A DNA stretch of 64,000 nt from the human T2T-CHM13v2.0 reference genome, Homo sapiens, in NCBI RefSeq assembly GCF_009914755.1, contig NC_060930.1; one strand, given 5' to 3'. The position numbers were made by a program, and so were the translations under genes. Below are positions 20,575-32,800 of this stretch, piece after piece. The notes beneath the pieces were generated by a model. The model made no database searches and was not told where the DNA came from. It was given only the letters and a program-made list of their open reading frames with translations. Position 1 is the stretch's first letter. The number at the start of each line of letters is the position of its first letter.

Positions 20575-21010
20575 TCTGTTAGCTTTTGCTGCATAACAAA
20601 GTACCCGAAAACCTAGAGGCTGAATTGTTCTGGTCTGTCAGCTCAGCTGATCTCTACTGGATTTGCTTTTGCATCAGTGGTTAATCAAAGGGTTGATTGG
20701 AGGCTAGTGATCTAAGTTGGCCTTGTTGACATGGCTGGTGATTGGTAGGCTGTTGGTTGGGGTGGTAAGGGAAGCTGGGCCATGTATTTAGAAACTAGCC
20801 TAGGCATTTTCACGTGGCAACTAAATCCTAAGAACACAAGAGGACCAGCCTCAAGGCACAAGTGCTTCTCAAGCTTCTGTTTGGGTCTTGTTTGCTAATG
20901 TCCCCCCTGCTGGCCGAGCAAGTCAGATGGCCAAGTCCAGAATCATCAGAATCATTTTAAGAGGGTGTACAAAAGGGCATAGACACAAGTGGGGGAACAT
21001 TTTGTTGCCA
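20575..21010 (-). mobile_element. MLT1 (MLT1J-like) MaLR LTR
   Basis: tgttagcttttgctgcataacaaa...tttgctaatgtccc...gcaagtcagatggccaagtccag. Confidence 0.65.
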
Positions 21011-21027
21011 TTGTTGCACCCTTCTCC

Positions 21028-21572
21028 TGTCAGGAACTATCAAAATTCTGAGATTTTTACCCTACTTGCAAGCTAACTAGTCAGGCTACCACACTGTTAT
21101 AGATGCTGGTAGAAGACATAAGACTCCTAATCAGAAACAAAGGAGTTTATCCTCATAATGGCAGTAGTAATCAAGTCTCAGCATTTTTGCACCTCTTTTC
21201 TGAGCCCCAATTCCCACAGGATGACATGAAGAGGGCCAGCTTGTGAGTGAGTTGTGTTATGGGAGAATATCATTGAGGTTAGGGAACCGGAGTCTTTTAT
21301 AATGAGTAGCAAACATGTCTACCCTTTGCTCTGGAGAGAGACATTATTATTCTGGACAGTAAGCATGCTACCCTTTGCTCTACATAGAGATACTGTATCT
21401 TCCAGGATTGTAAACAAACCTACCCCTTGCTCTGGAGGGAGATACTACTCTGTCTTCCAAGGCTGTTTGCTATAGAAACATCCTTGAAAAGAAAGTTCAG
21501 AACAAAAAACAGTTGTCTCATTCACAATATATGCCAAAATGCAAGAAACTCATGGAGAATTGTCTCCCAACA
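21028..21572. mobile_element. ERVL-class solo LTR (subfamily not determined) with three internal ~50-bp repeats
   Basis: TG...CA ends; gagatttttaccctacttgcaagctaac. ctaccc(t/c)ttgctct repeated at ~21319, 21368 and 21420. Confidence 0.6.
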
Positions 21573-22319
21573 GTCACATGCCCTAAACTAGAATATTTGT
21601 TTTCCTTGTGTCTTATACTCTATCAAACTGAAACATCTGGAAAGAGTATCCTGTCTTAGTAATTTGTGCCTCTCACAATACTCATAATGTTGCCTCATGT
21701 TTCATAAAGGCTCAATAAATATTTATTAAGGGAATGAAGAAATGTTTTCTAATATTTTATAGTTCCATTTATATTTCAATTCTTAATATCCGGAAAATAA
21801 AACTATACAAATTATTTATGTTTTTTTTCCTTTTAGTGTGATATGTTCAAGTTAATTAAGTACTTTGGTATAAAGTAGATTTTTGTGCTCTGTACTCTGA
21901 TATTTGGCAGTTTATTTTGAAGCTCAAGTAATTGTTGTTCTGATTCAGGGAAGGTGGGACTGCAAGAGTAAGAAGGCCGAAGCTTTGATGGATCTTTTCC
22001 TTTATATTGGTCTGTGAGTTAATATCAGCTTTTCTTGTTTAAAATATGATTAATGAATGATTAGTTGCGTGCAAAGTACTATGAGTTCCTGTGATCATCA
22101 CCATTTTAAAAGAAAGTGAAAAAACACATTTTTCAGCCAGATAATAATGCTTTAAAAAATAACAAAAATGTTAGGCTTAATTTAAGCAGTGTGAGCACAG
22201 CATAGCATTAGCCAGATGCTGTAACAGTCAGACCAGGACTTCTTTCATCAAAGTGCAAAGTAGTTGTGGAAAGAAGAAAGGGATGAGCTTATGAGTCAGA
22301 TTTGAGTTTGAATCTAGCA

Positions 22320-22600
22320 GCAGGGACCTAATCTGTCTGTTCTGTTCACCATTGTTTCCCACACTACCTGGCAAATAGTAGGCACTATTTTAATAAATGT
22401 TTGTGGGGTTACTCATCTTCTTCACTATCCATTCTATGAACATAGCCAAATCCCGTTACTTCTGTGAACCTATGTTTTTTCATCTATACATTGATAATCA
22501 CCAAGCATAGTTCTCTGGATGGGTTGATACAGAGACTTAAGTGAGATATGGTATATAAAGCTCCAAGCATAGTACCTGACACTCAATAAATGTGAGCTGT
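22320..22600 (+). mobile_element. L2 3' end followed by a MIR fragment
   Basis: cagggacc...tgttcaccattg...cctggcaaatagtaggcac...aataaatgtttg, then catctatacattg...agcatagtacctgacactcaataaatg. Confidence 0.6.
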
Positions 22601-24124
22601 TTCACTTCTTGGACTAACTTGAAATTCCTGGTCATGTTCTGCCTAGGTGTTACGGTGAAGGAAGTTCAGTTAATTGTTAGGCTCAGCTACTGCAGGTTCA
22701 CTCACTTTTTGATGGGTCAGAATAACTTTTTAATTTCATCCTTTCCCAACTTTTCATTTCCTGACTCTGTCACCACCTTCCCTCTTGCTTAGAGCATTCC
22801 AGTAGCCATTTAACTTTTCTCCTCCTCTGGCTGTTCTTTTTCAAACCATTGTGCAGATGACTCCATGACTAACTTTCCCTTCCTGCTAAGGTATTCCTGA
22901 GCCCCTCACTTCCTGCCTACCAGGCTCCAGGAGTGGCTTCACACTGTCTCATCATCATTCACCCTCCCCTTTGTTCCCTTGTCTGTTTATCCAGTGTTGT
23001 AGCCACACTATTCTCCAAACACATTCTTTCCACCTCAGGGCCTTTGCACTTCTCAGCTTTGCTAGTGACCATTCTTTCCACCTGTAACTTCCTGTTCAGC
23101 TCTTAGTCTACCCTGTCCATCTTCCAAGGTTTCTCACAACCAACAAATATGATGTCTCTCATGAAGCCCTATCCTGATCACCCTCTGCCACCGCGTTAAG
23201 TTCATATGTAAGGTTCCCCTTTTTTGAAATCTTAATACTTTCAGCTTGTCACCTTCCAGGAATTAAAGATTATGTACTATGTGTGGCAGCCCCCTTACCA
23301 GTAACATCTCAGAGAGATTGTGACCAACTAAACACTAGTGAAGTCCACCAAACTACTGTTGAACACTATTAAGTGAGGAAGTATTGAAACAGAGATAGCA
23401 AGAGAAATGAGGGGCCTCGAGTGGTGGGGACAAGTCAGCCTCTTCTCCCTGCTTCCTTGGAAGCCCCTCTGACAGTGGGTACACATAAGTTACAGGGCCC
23501 AGCGTGGGCAGCCCTGGGCTGCGGGCCACTCTGTAGGTTCTGGAAGCTGTTGTCTAACATTTGCTATCTCCAGCTTAAATCTCCATGAACGCCTACAGTT
23601 TCTGGCCAGGGAAACAGATGTCTTGACTGTCTAACATAACTTCGTATATGTGTTGGTAAAGTGATTCAAATATGACATTTTGGAAAATTAAATATTTGAG
23701 CATCTTTTTCCGTTAGAGGCTGGGCGTGCTCCTGCCTATGTAATTTTTAGAATTGAGAAAAGGGCATAAATCCCATGATTAAAACAACAACAACAACAAC
23801 AATCTGTGTTTCATGTATTTTATAATCCTACTTTCTAGTTGCTATTTGATTAAAATTACATAAAAGACTATAAATGAGTATAATATGTAATTAGAAATAA
23901 ATAGGTTTTTAAAAATTCAATAAATAAGTATTTGTTACATACCTACCATTTTCTAGACACTGAATGAATTCGTAGTCTGGCAGGAGTTAGAAACAAGTGA
24001 CCAAATGACTGCAATATAATGTAATTGGTATACCAGTTTTGGCGTGGTATTTTGGGCTCTAACCTTATTTTTATCCCTTTTCCTCTCTTCAACATTCTCA
24101 AGCAATAACAATAATAACTAATTA

Positions 24125-24280
24125 ATATTAAATAATAATTAATTGAGCACTTACTGTTCTCAGGCAACTATTCTAAATGTTTTATGTGTATCAAACTCAT
24201 TTAATCCTCTAGAGAAACTTGTAAGATGGGTATTACTGTCATCTCTATTTTAAAAATAAAGAACAGGAAGCCCAAATTTT
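24125..24280 (-). mobile_element. MIR
   Basis: attgagcacttactgt...ctcatttaatcct...tctctattttaaaaataaagaaca. Confidence 0.7.
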
Positions 24281-24868
24281 AATAATTCACATTAGGGGCA
24301 TGAAAAGTGGTTAAGTAAGAGCTGATGATGGCCTGAAGTAAGCAAGGAGCAGATGGCTGGAGAGAAGAGGGTAAGTTTGAGGAATGGGTTGGGAGGTAGG
24401 TAAACAGGACATTGTGATGGATGGCGATGGGGAGGAAAGACAAGAGTGAGTGTGGTTGAGGGTCAGGGAGCATGGGAGCAAAGGGATGTTCATGCTGACC
24501 AAAGGCTTGAGGTCTGGAGAGTGTTGGGAAAAGAGCAGGCACAAGACATTTGGAAAGAAGCTGTACCATTGAGCAAGCAAATGAGGAAGGCTATGTGTAT
24601 GAAGATGTCTGTCCTCCTTGAGGCTGGAGCCAGTGTCTTTTCCTTTCTGATGTTTGTACCCTAGAACCCACAGTGCCTGGCCCACATAGACCATCTTCAT
24701 TCTCCCTGTTGCTATCTGATTGGAATAGTTTCTTGCTGTGTCATGTGGGTGGGCCCTCCCAAACCCCTCTCCAGAATTTATCCCCTAAAACACCCACATA
24801 TGTATGCATTGGTTAAGACATTAGTTTGTCTTATTTCCTCAGAAAGTGTCCTATAAAGACTTGAAGGT

Positions 24869-25265
24869 GGCCAGGCATGGTGGCTCGTAAATGTAATCCC
24901 AGCCCTTTGGAAGGCCCAATGGGGAGAATTGCCTGAGCTCAGGAGTTTGAGACCAGCTTGGACAGCATAGTGAGACCCTGTCTCTATAAAAAAAAATTAG
25001 CTGGGTGTAGTGGCATGCACCTGCAGTCTCAGTTTCTTGAGAGGCTTAGCAGGAGGATCGCTTGAGCCCAGGTGGAGGCTGTAGTGAGCCATGATTACAC
25101 CATTGCACAGGAGTGCACAAAATACATGAACAGTCATGCCAACAACAACAAAAAAAACCATACAAGAGATCCTCCTGCTTAAGCCTCTCAAGTAGCTGAG
25201 ACTACAAAACATACAAACAACCATACAAACCATAAAAAACGTACAAACCAACCAACCAAAAACAG
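24869..25265 (+). mobile_element. AluJ with a rearranged 3' end and tail
   Basis: Starts ggccaggcatggtggctc; Alu homology stops at ccattgcac (~25109). TSD cttgaaggt at 24860-24868 and 25266-25274. Confidence 0.88.
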
Positions 25266-26518
25266 CTTGAAGGTAACAGTACTGCTGATTTTAAAATATG
25301 TAAATGGAATCAATGTTGGATTCATGTTGTTTCCTATTTGGTTGCTTTGTAGACTCTTCATTACCATTTCTGCTTCTCAGAAATCACATGTAGTGACACG
25401 TGGTGTTTATTACATAAAGGATAAATGGCAGCATAACATTGACAGTAATTTTTGCTTCCAGCCCCCAAGACTGTAGCCTTCTGCCTTATTCCTAGCCTGC
25501 TCCTCAACCTCCATTGAGTCTGTAAACCTCCAGTATACTTCCAGTAAATTATCCTTTTGCTTAAAAACTAAAATTAAAAATAAATATACTTTGTAAACTG
25601 TCAAATACTATATGAATATTAAAAGCCTTTTAGTAGTCAGTTTCAGTCTTTCATTCAGTCATCCACGCCACAGCTTTCTTCTGGGCACATACTAAGCAGT
25701 CCCTGGGCTCGATGCTGTAATTAGAATCTGCTCGTTTGATCTGCAGGAATATTGTCACATTCTGATTAAAACAGTTCTCAAAAATTAAATTTTAACTTGG
25801 AACAACATACACTAAATCTCTTTTTCAGAAAAAGAATTAATAAAAATAATAGTAAAATAACCCCAAGTCCTTTAATACATATAGTGATTATTTTTAGTTT
25901 AGCTTTTTTATGGTTACTGTAAGCATATAAATATTTACTACTGTCCTAAATAGCAAAGCATTACCCTGCAGTTGTCTAATTGGTGCATGAATGTCACTAA
26001 AATTAAATATCATGATGTTCAATATTTTCCTTAGTCAATTTTACACTATCCTGCCCTGTGATTAATTACTTTGCTTGAGGCCAAGCAAGTACTACTGAGT
26101 CCTGTGATAAGTGGATGTTTATGCCAAAAACAACAGCATTGCTAATTCTTGCATATTTGCACATGTTAAGTTCTTTTCTTTCTCTGCCACCTGTATTTCA
26201 TGTGTTGATCACAGAGGCACCAGAGTATCATTCTTACAGTATTTGAATTATGCATTACATGGTAAACTGATCGTTATTTTCCATCAAATGAATACTTTGG
26301 CTTACACTTAATTTTATAAAATCTGTTTATAGAAATCATTAATAACTAGAACAACGTTAGTTAGAAATTGAAGAATATGGCTAAAGAATTTATTACCTTG
26401 GAAGATATTATGAAGATCCTAAGAAGAAAAAAAATTTAAGGAGGCATCTAATAGGCAGATTAACAAGGCTGTGGGGAAGTGATACAAATGTATATTGCTT
26501 TCAAAAAGTATATTTCCC

Positions 26519-26815
26519 TTGGGCATGGATACTCATGCCTGTAATCTCAACACTTTAGGAGGCTGAGGCAGAAGGATCATTTGAGCCCAGGAGTTCAAGA
26601 CCAGCCTATGCGACATAGGGACACCCCATCTCTACAAAAAATTAGAAAATTAGCTGGGCATGGTCACACGTGCCTGTAGTCCTCGCTCCTTGGGAGGCTA
26701 AGGTGGGAGGGTCATTTGAGCCTGGGAAGTCGAGGCTGCAGTGAGGCATGATTGTGCCACAGCACTCCAGCCTGATTGACAGAGTAAGACTCTGTCTCAA
26801 CAACAACAACAACAA
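26519..26815 (+). mobile_element. AluJ with (CAA)n tail
   Basis: Two arms, J-type ggatcatttgagcccagg, ending gactctgtctcaacaacaac. Confidence 0.92.
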
Positions 26816-27664
26816 AGAGTTAATTTCCGTTTTTGTTTGAATTTTGATATCAAAAACATCAATAAAATAATTTATTTCCAGATTGTACTCATCTGTTTTC
26901 ACCATATTTGATGGAATTTTGAAGTGAACAATTCCTGACAGTATAAAAAGGTAAAAATCCAGGTATTAGGACCATTTTTTCCCTGCTATTTTCTTTTTCT
27001 GATGACAACTTTATTTTTCTCTGTGAAGCTATAATTTGCCTCTGATATTTTTATTTTAAATGTTTTTCAAACTTTGAATTTTAATTTTTTAGATTCTAGT
27101 TAGTATTAATATTTTATCTTATTTGATATTTTTATTACAGTAGCTATTGGTACTTCCTGAATAAATGTGCTTCTTTATTATGGTTCTTAATGTGGTAAGA
27201 ACAGATAAACCACATGCACGTAATTCACCATTATCTCAATTTCATAGACATTTACCGAGCGTCTACTACATGCAAAAAAGTTTGTGCCGGATGTTGCAAG
27301 GGCTCCTAAAACATCACCACTACAGCTTCTGCATAGAGATGATTGTTGACACTTCAGGAATAGAGACTACATGGGGAGGGAAAGAGAGCAGGAAAAGAAT
27401 GTCTGTGATCAGAACCTAAAGGATGCTTTTACTTGGGTGGTAGAAAAAGAATGCAAAGATGGCCAATGGGACAAAGAAGGAAAAGTCAAAGATAAAAACA
27501 TAAGCAAAGTGTACATTTTAATCAAAGCCAGAAAAGGAAAGGGTTTCAGGAGGTTGACATATTCTGCAGAAGACTGAGGAGGACTCAGGAAAATTCAACA
27601 AAGTGGTACTATTAGAGAGTTGGGAAAGGAAGGCTAACTCTAAGGGTGTTATATAAAACTATTA

Positions 27665-27921
27665 ATTGATGCTACTCAAAGTGTGGTCCATGGATAAGTG
27701 CCAGTCTGCAAAGTGCCTGTTAACTATGCATGCTGATGAGCTACAGGATGTAAATGAACTACATTGTTACACACTGTGTCAGTTCAATGGGCATTTTTTG
27801 ACAGGAAGTCTTTCTTGAGGAAGCATGTAGTAAGTTCATTTGTGTGCTGGTAACCGGATTTCTGATCTTGTCCCAGATGTTTAAGGAGCAGTTCACAGAC
27901 AGACTACTTTGAGGAGCACTG
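27665..27921. mobile_element. Non-autonomous hAT-Charlie DNA transposon
   Basis: Imperfect terminal inverted repeats tgctactcaaagtg ... tactttgaggagcactg. Confidence 0.6.
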
Positions 27922-28139
27922 ATAGAAATACAATACAATGTAGACAAACATGATTTCATTTTTAGATAAAATTTATGATTTCCTTGTGAGGTAATAAATA
28001 TGATTATAATTTCTATTGAAAATACTTGTGCCATTTTCTAGACATCAAATAAAACTTGCAAGAATGGGTATCTTTCTAATAATTCCTGTCACTATTACTT
28101 TGGGGTACATTTTAATTTTTATTCTAATTACTCAAAAAC

Positions 28140-28745
28140 ATTCTCTAAAAAATACTGCACATAATTTCCAAAATGTGAAGCAACGAAGATGTTACTCAGT
28201 AGGTGAATAGGTAAACTATGCTATATTCATAAAATGGAATATTAGTCTGTAATAAAAAGAAATGAGCTATCAAGCCATGAAAATGCATGGGTGAAACTTG
28301 AATTTATATTACAAAGTGAATGAAGCCAGTCTAAAAAGACTATCTATTCTATGAATCCAACTATATGACATTCTGGAAAAGGCAAAACTATGGAGACAAT
28401 AAAAGGTCAGTGTTTGGCAGAGACTTGAGAGAAGGAGGGATAATAGATGGAGCACAGGGGATTTTTAAAGCAGTGAAACTATTCTATATGATACTGTAAT
28501 GGTAGATACAAATAATCATACATTTATAAAAACCCATAGAATATACAACACCAGGAGTGAACCCTAACGTAAACTTTGGATTTGGTGAATAATGATGTGT
28601 AAATGTTGGTTCAGCAATTTTACCATACTGGTGGGGCATGTTGATGGAGTAGGCTGTGCTTGTGGAGGGGGAAGGAGCTATGTGGAACTCTCTATACTTT
28701 CTACTCAGTTTTACTGGTGAACCTAAAACTGGTCTAAAACATACA
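28140..28745 (+). mobile_element. L1MC-type 3' end
   Basis: aatgagctatcaagccatgaaaa, gacattctggaaaaggcaaaactatggagac, gaacctaaaactg. Confidence 0.8.
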
Positions 28746-28849
28746 TTTTATTAATTAAATTTTTAAATTAAAAAAATTTTGTAGGTACCTCACAACTGTC
28801 TCATAATTGTTTTATTGTTTTCGAGAAAGGTGGCCTTCCAATGAAGGTT

Positions 28850-29082
28850 TTGTGTTTTGTTTTGGTTTGTTTTTTTGTTTGTTTGTTTGTTTGAGACAGG
28901 GTCTTTATCACTCAGACTGAAGTGCAGTGGCACAATCATGGCTCACCAAAGCCTCAATCTCCCAGACCTGAGTGATCCTCACACCTCAGCCTCACGAGTA
29001 GTTGAGACCACAGGCATGTGCCACCACACTTGGCTAATTTTTCTTATATTTTTGTAGAGACAGGGTCTCCCTATATTGCCCA
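28850..29082 (-). mobile_element. 5'-truncated AluJ with (TTTG)n tail
   Basis: gagacagggtct...cctcagcctc...gtagagacagggtctccctatattgccca. Confidence 0.85.
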
Positions 29083-29344
29083 ATACTGAACTATTAGGTT
29101 GTAAAAACAAAATGTATTCCTTTGAAGAACAGATAATAGTCATGGTCTATTAGGTCTTAGTGTCAAAGTTGAGTGATTCTAAGATAATGAAAGCAGATAT
29201 TTTTAGATGGAGAGTAGCACTCTGAAGATGATCTGCCTGGCTCTTTTGTTAAAGGTTGTTGCCGTTCATCTAGACGTATGTATATGCCTAAGAAGAGCGT
29301 TATACTGATGCTGTTACAAAAGAGAGAAATCAGACACTGATTGA

Positions 29345-29725
29345 GTGTGAGTTCTCCAAAGAAACATAACTAAGAGGAATAGATAGATAGATAGATAACT
29401 CTACTGTAAAGAACTGGCTTACATGATTATGGAACCTGAGAAGTCCTTGGATCTACAGTTGGTAAGCTGGAAACCCAGGAGAGCTGGTTGTATGCTTCTA
29501 GTCCAAGTCTGAAGGCCTGAACTAGGAGAGGTGTTGGTGTAAGTTCCAGTCTGAGTATAAGTCCAAAGGTAGGATAAGAACAATGTTCCTGCTCAAAGAC
29601 AGCCCGGCAGAGAGAAGGAATTCTTTTTTCACTTAGCCTTTTATTCTCTCCAGGTCTTCAACCAGTTGGATGAAGCCCACTCACATTAGAGAAAGCAATT
29701 TGCTTTACTCATTCTACCAATTCCT
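29345..29725. mobile_element. MLT2 ERVL LTR with (GATA)n
   Basis: gagttctccaaagaaac, gaactggcttacatgattatgga, ggatgaagcccactcacatt. Confidence 0.7.
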
Positions 29726-29869
29726 TGACTTGCTTCTGGGAATCCCTAGTTGACTAATAATTTTACTTTAAAATATTTCAAGAAAAAAGCATAATTTAAA
29801 AATATAACGAATATAGCTTAAGAGCAAAAACAAATATTTTTCAAACTCTATGAAGAACCCATATTTTTG

Positions 29870-32800
29870 TTTATTTATTATTTTTTGCACTTTTAGGGTC
29901 AGGGTACATGTGCAGGTTTGTTATATAGGTAAATTGTGCGTCATAGGAGTTTGGTGTACAGATTATTTCATTACTCAGGTCCTAAGCGTAGTACGCTATA
30001 GGTGTATTTTTATCCTCACCCTCCTCCAACCCTCCACTCTCAAGTAGGCCCCACTGTCTATTGTTCCCTTCTTTGTGTCCATGTGTACTCAGTGTTTAGC
30101 TCCCACTTATAAGTGAGATCACGCAGTATTTGGTTTTCTGTTCCTGCGTTAGTTCACTTACAGTAGTGACCTCCAGCTCCATCCATGTTTCTGCAAAGGA
30201 CATGATTTCTTTCATTTTTATGGTTACACAAAAAAGAATAGTACATATGTAGTACATATTCCATGGTGAATATGTACTACATTTCCTTTATTTAGTCTAC
30301 TGTTAATGGGCATTTAGGTTGATTTCATGTCTTTGCTATCGTAAATAATGCTGCACTGAACATGCATGTGTCTTTATGGTAGAAAATATATATATTCCTA
30401 TATTCCTTTGGGTATGTACCCAATAATGTGATTGCGGGTCAAATGGTAGTTCTAAGTTCTTTGAGAAATCGCCAAAGTTCTGTCCACAATGGCTAAACTA
30501 ATTTACATTCCTACCAGCAGTGTATAAGTATTCCCTTTTCTCTGTAACCTTGCCAGCATCTGTTATTTTCTGACTTTTTAATAATAGCCATTCTGACTGG
30601 TATAAGATGGTACCTCATCATGGTTTTGATTTCCATTTCTCAAATGATTAATGATGATGAACATTTTTTCATATGCTTGTTAGCAGTATGTATGTCTTCT
30701 TTTAGAAAGTGTCTGTTCATGTCCTTTTCCCACTTTTTAATGGGGTTATTTGTTTTTTGCTTGTTAATTTAAGTTCCCTATAGATTCTGGATAGTAGACC
30801 TTTGTTGGATATATAGTTTATAAAAATTTTCTCCCATTCTCTATAGTGCCTGTTTACTCTGTTGATAGTTTCTTTTGCTATGCAGAAGCTATTTAGTTTA
30901 ATTAGTCATTTATAAATTTTTGGTTTTGTTGCAATTGCTTTCGGCATCTTTGTCATGAAATGTCTGCCAGGGCCTATGTCTGAAATGGTATTTCCTAGAT
31001 TATCTTCCAGGATTTTTAGAGTTTTAGGTTTTGCATTTAGCTTTAATCCATCTTGAGTTGATTTTTTGTATATACTGTAAGGAAGGGGTCTAGTTTCAAA
31101 GTTCTGCATATGGCTAGCTAGTTATACCAGCACCATTGATTGAATAGGGAGTCTTTTTCCCATTGCTTGTTTTTGTTGACTTTAACAAAGATCAGATGGT
31201 TGTAGGTATGTGGCTTTATTTCTGGTTCTCTATTCTGTTCCGTTGGTCTATGTCTCTGCTTTTGTACCAATATCATGCTGTTTTGGTTACTGTAGTCTGG
31301 TAGTATAGTTTGAAGTTAGTTAATGTGAGGCTTCCTGCTTTGTTCTTTTTTCTTTAAGTATTCAAGCTCTCTTTTGGTTCTGTATGAATTTTAAAATAGT
31401 TATTTCTAATTCTGTGAAGAATGCTATTGGTTGTTTTATAGGAATAGCACTGAATTTATATGTTGCTTTGGGAAGTATGGCCATTTAACAATATTGATTC
31501 TTCCTATTCATGAGTATGGAATGTTTTTCCATTTGTTTGTATTATCTCTGATTTCTTTGAGCAGTGTTTTGTAAATCTTGTAGAGATCTTTCACCTCCCT
31601 GGTTGGTTATATTCCAGGTATTTTATTCTTTTTATGGCCATCGTGAATGTGACTGAGTTCTTGATTTGGCTTTCAGCTTGGACGTTGTTGGTGTATAGAA
31701 ATGCTACTGATTTTTGTACACTGATTTTGTATTCTGAAGCTTTGCTGAGGTTGTTTATCAGATGTCAGAACTTTTGGGCAGAGGCTATGTGAGGTTTTCT
31801 AAGTATATAGTCACATCATCAGCAAACAGGGATAGTTTGATTCCTGTCTTCCTATTTGGATGCCTTTCATTTCTTTCTATTTCCTGATTGTTCTGGCTAG
31901 GACTTCCAGTGCTGTGTTGAATAGGAGTGGTGAGAGTGGGCATTCTTGTCTTGTTCCCGTTCTCAAGGGGAATGCTTCCAGCGTTTGCCTATTTAGTATG
32001 TTTGCTGAGGGTTTGTTGTAGATGGCTGTTATTATTTTGGGATATGTTCCTTCAGTGCCTAGTTTATTGAGTTTTTTTTAACATGAAGGGATATTTAATT
32101 TTATCAAAAGCCTTTTCTGCATCTATTAGGAGAATCATAAGGTTTTGGTTTTAGTTTTGTTTATGTGATGAGTCACAATAATTGATTTGCATATGGTGAA
32201 CCAACCTTGCTTCCCAAGGAAAAAGCCTATTTGATCGTAGTGCATTAGCTTTTTGATGTGCTGCTGGGTCTGGTTTATTAGTATTTTGTTGTGGATTTTT
32301 GCATCTATGTTCATCAAGGCTATTGGCCTGAAGTTTTCTTTCTTTTTTTTTTGTTATGGGTCTGCTAGGTTTTGGTATCAGGATGATGCTGCTCTCATAG
32401 AATGATTTAGGGAAGAGTACATCCTCCCCAATGTTTTTGAATAGTTTTAGTGGGAATGGTATCAGCACTTTTTTGTACACCTGGTAGAATTTGACTGTGA
32501 ATCTGTCTGGTCCTGGGCTTTTTCTGGTTGGTAGGCTTTTTATTACTGATTTAATTTTGGAACTCATTTTGTCTGTTCAGGATTTCAATTTCTTCCTGGT
32601 TCAGTCTTGGAAGATTGTATGTTTCTAGGAATTTATTCATTTCCTCTAGGTTTTCTAGTTTTTGTGCCTAGAGGTGTTCATAATAGTCTCTGAGGGTATT
32701 TTGCATATCTGTGGGGTCAGTGGTAATGTCTCCTTTGTCATTTCTGTTTGTGTTTTTTTAGATCTTCTCTCTTTTTTTCTTTATTAATCTAGGTAGTGGT

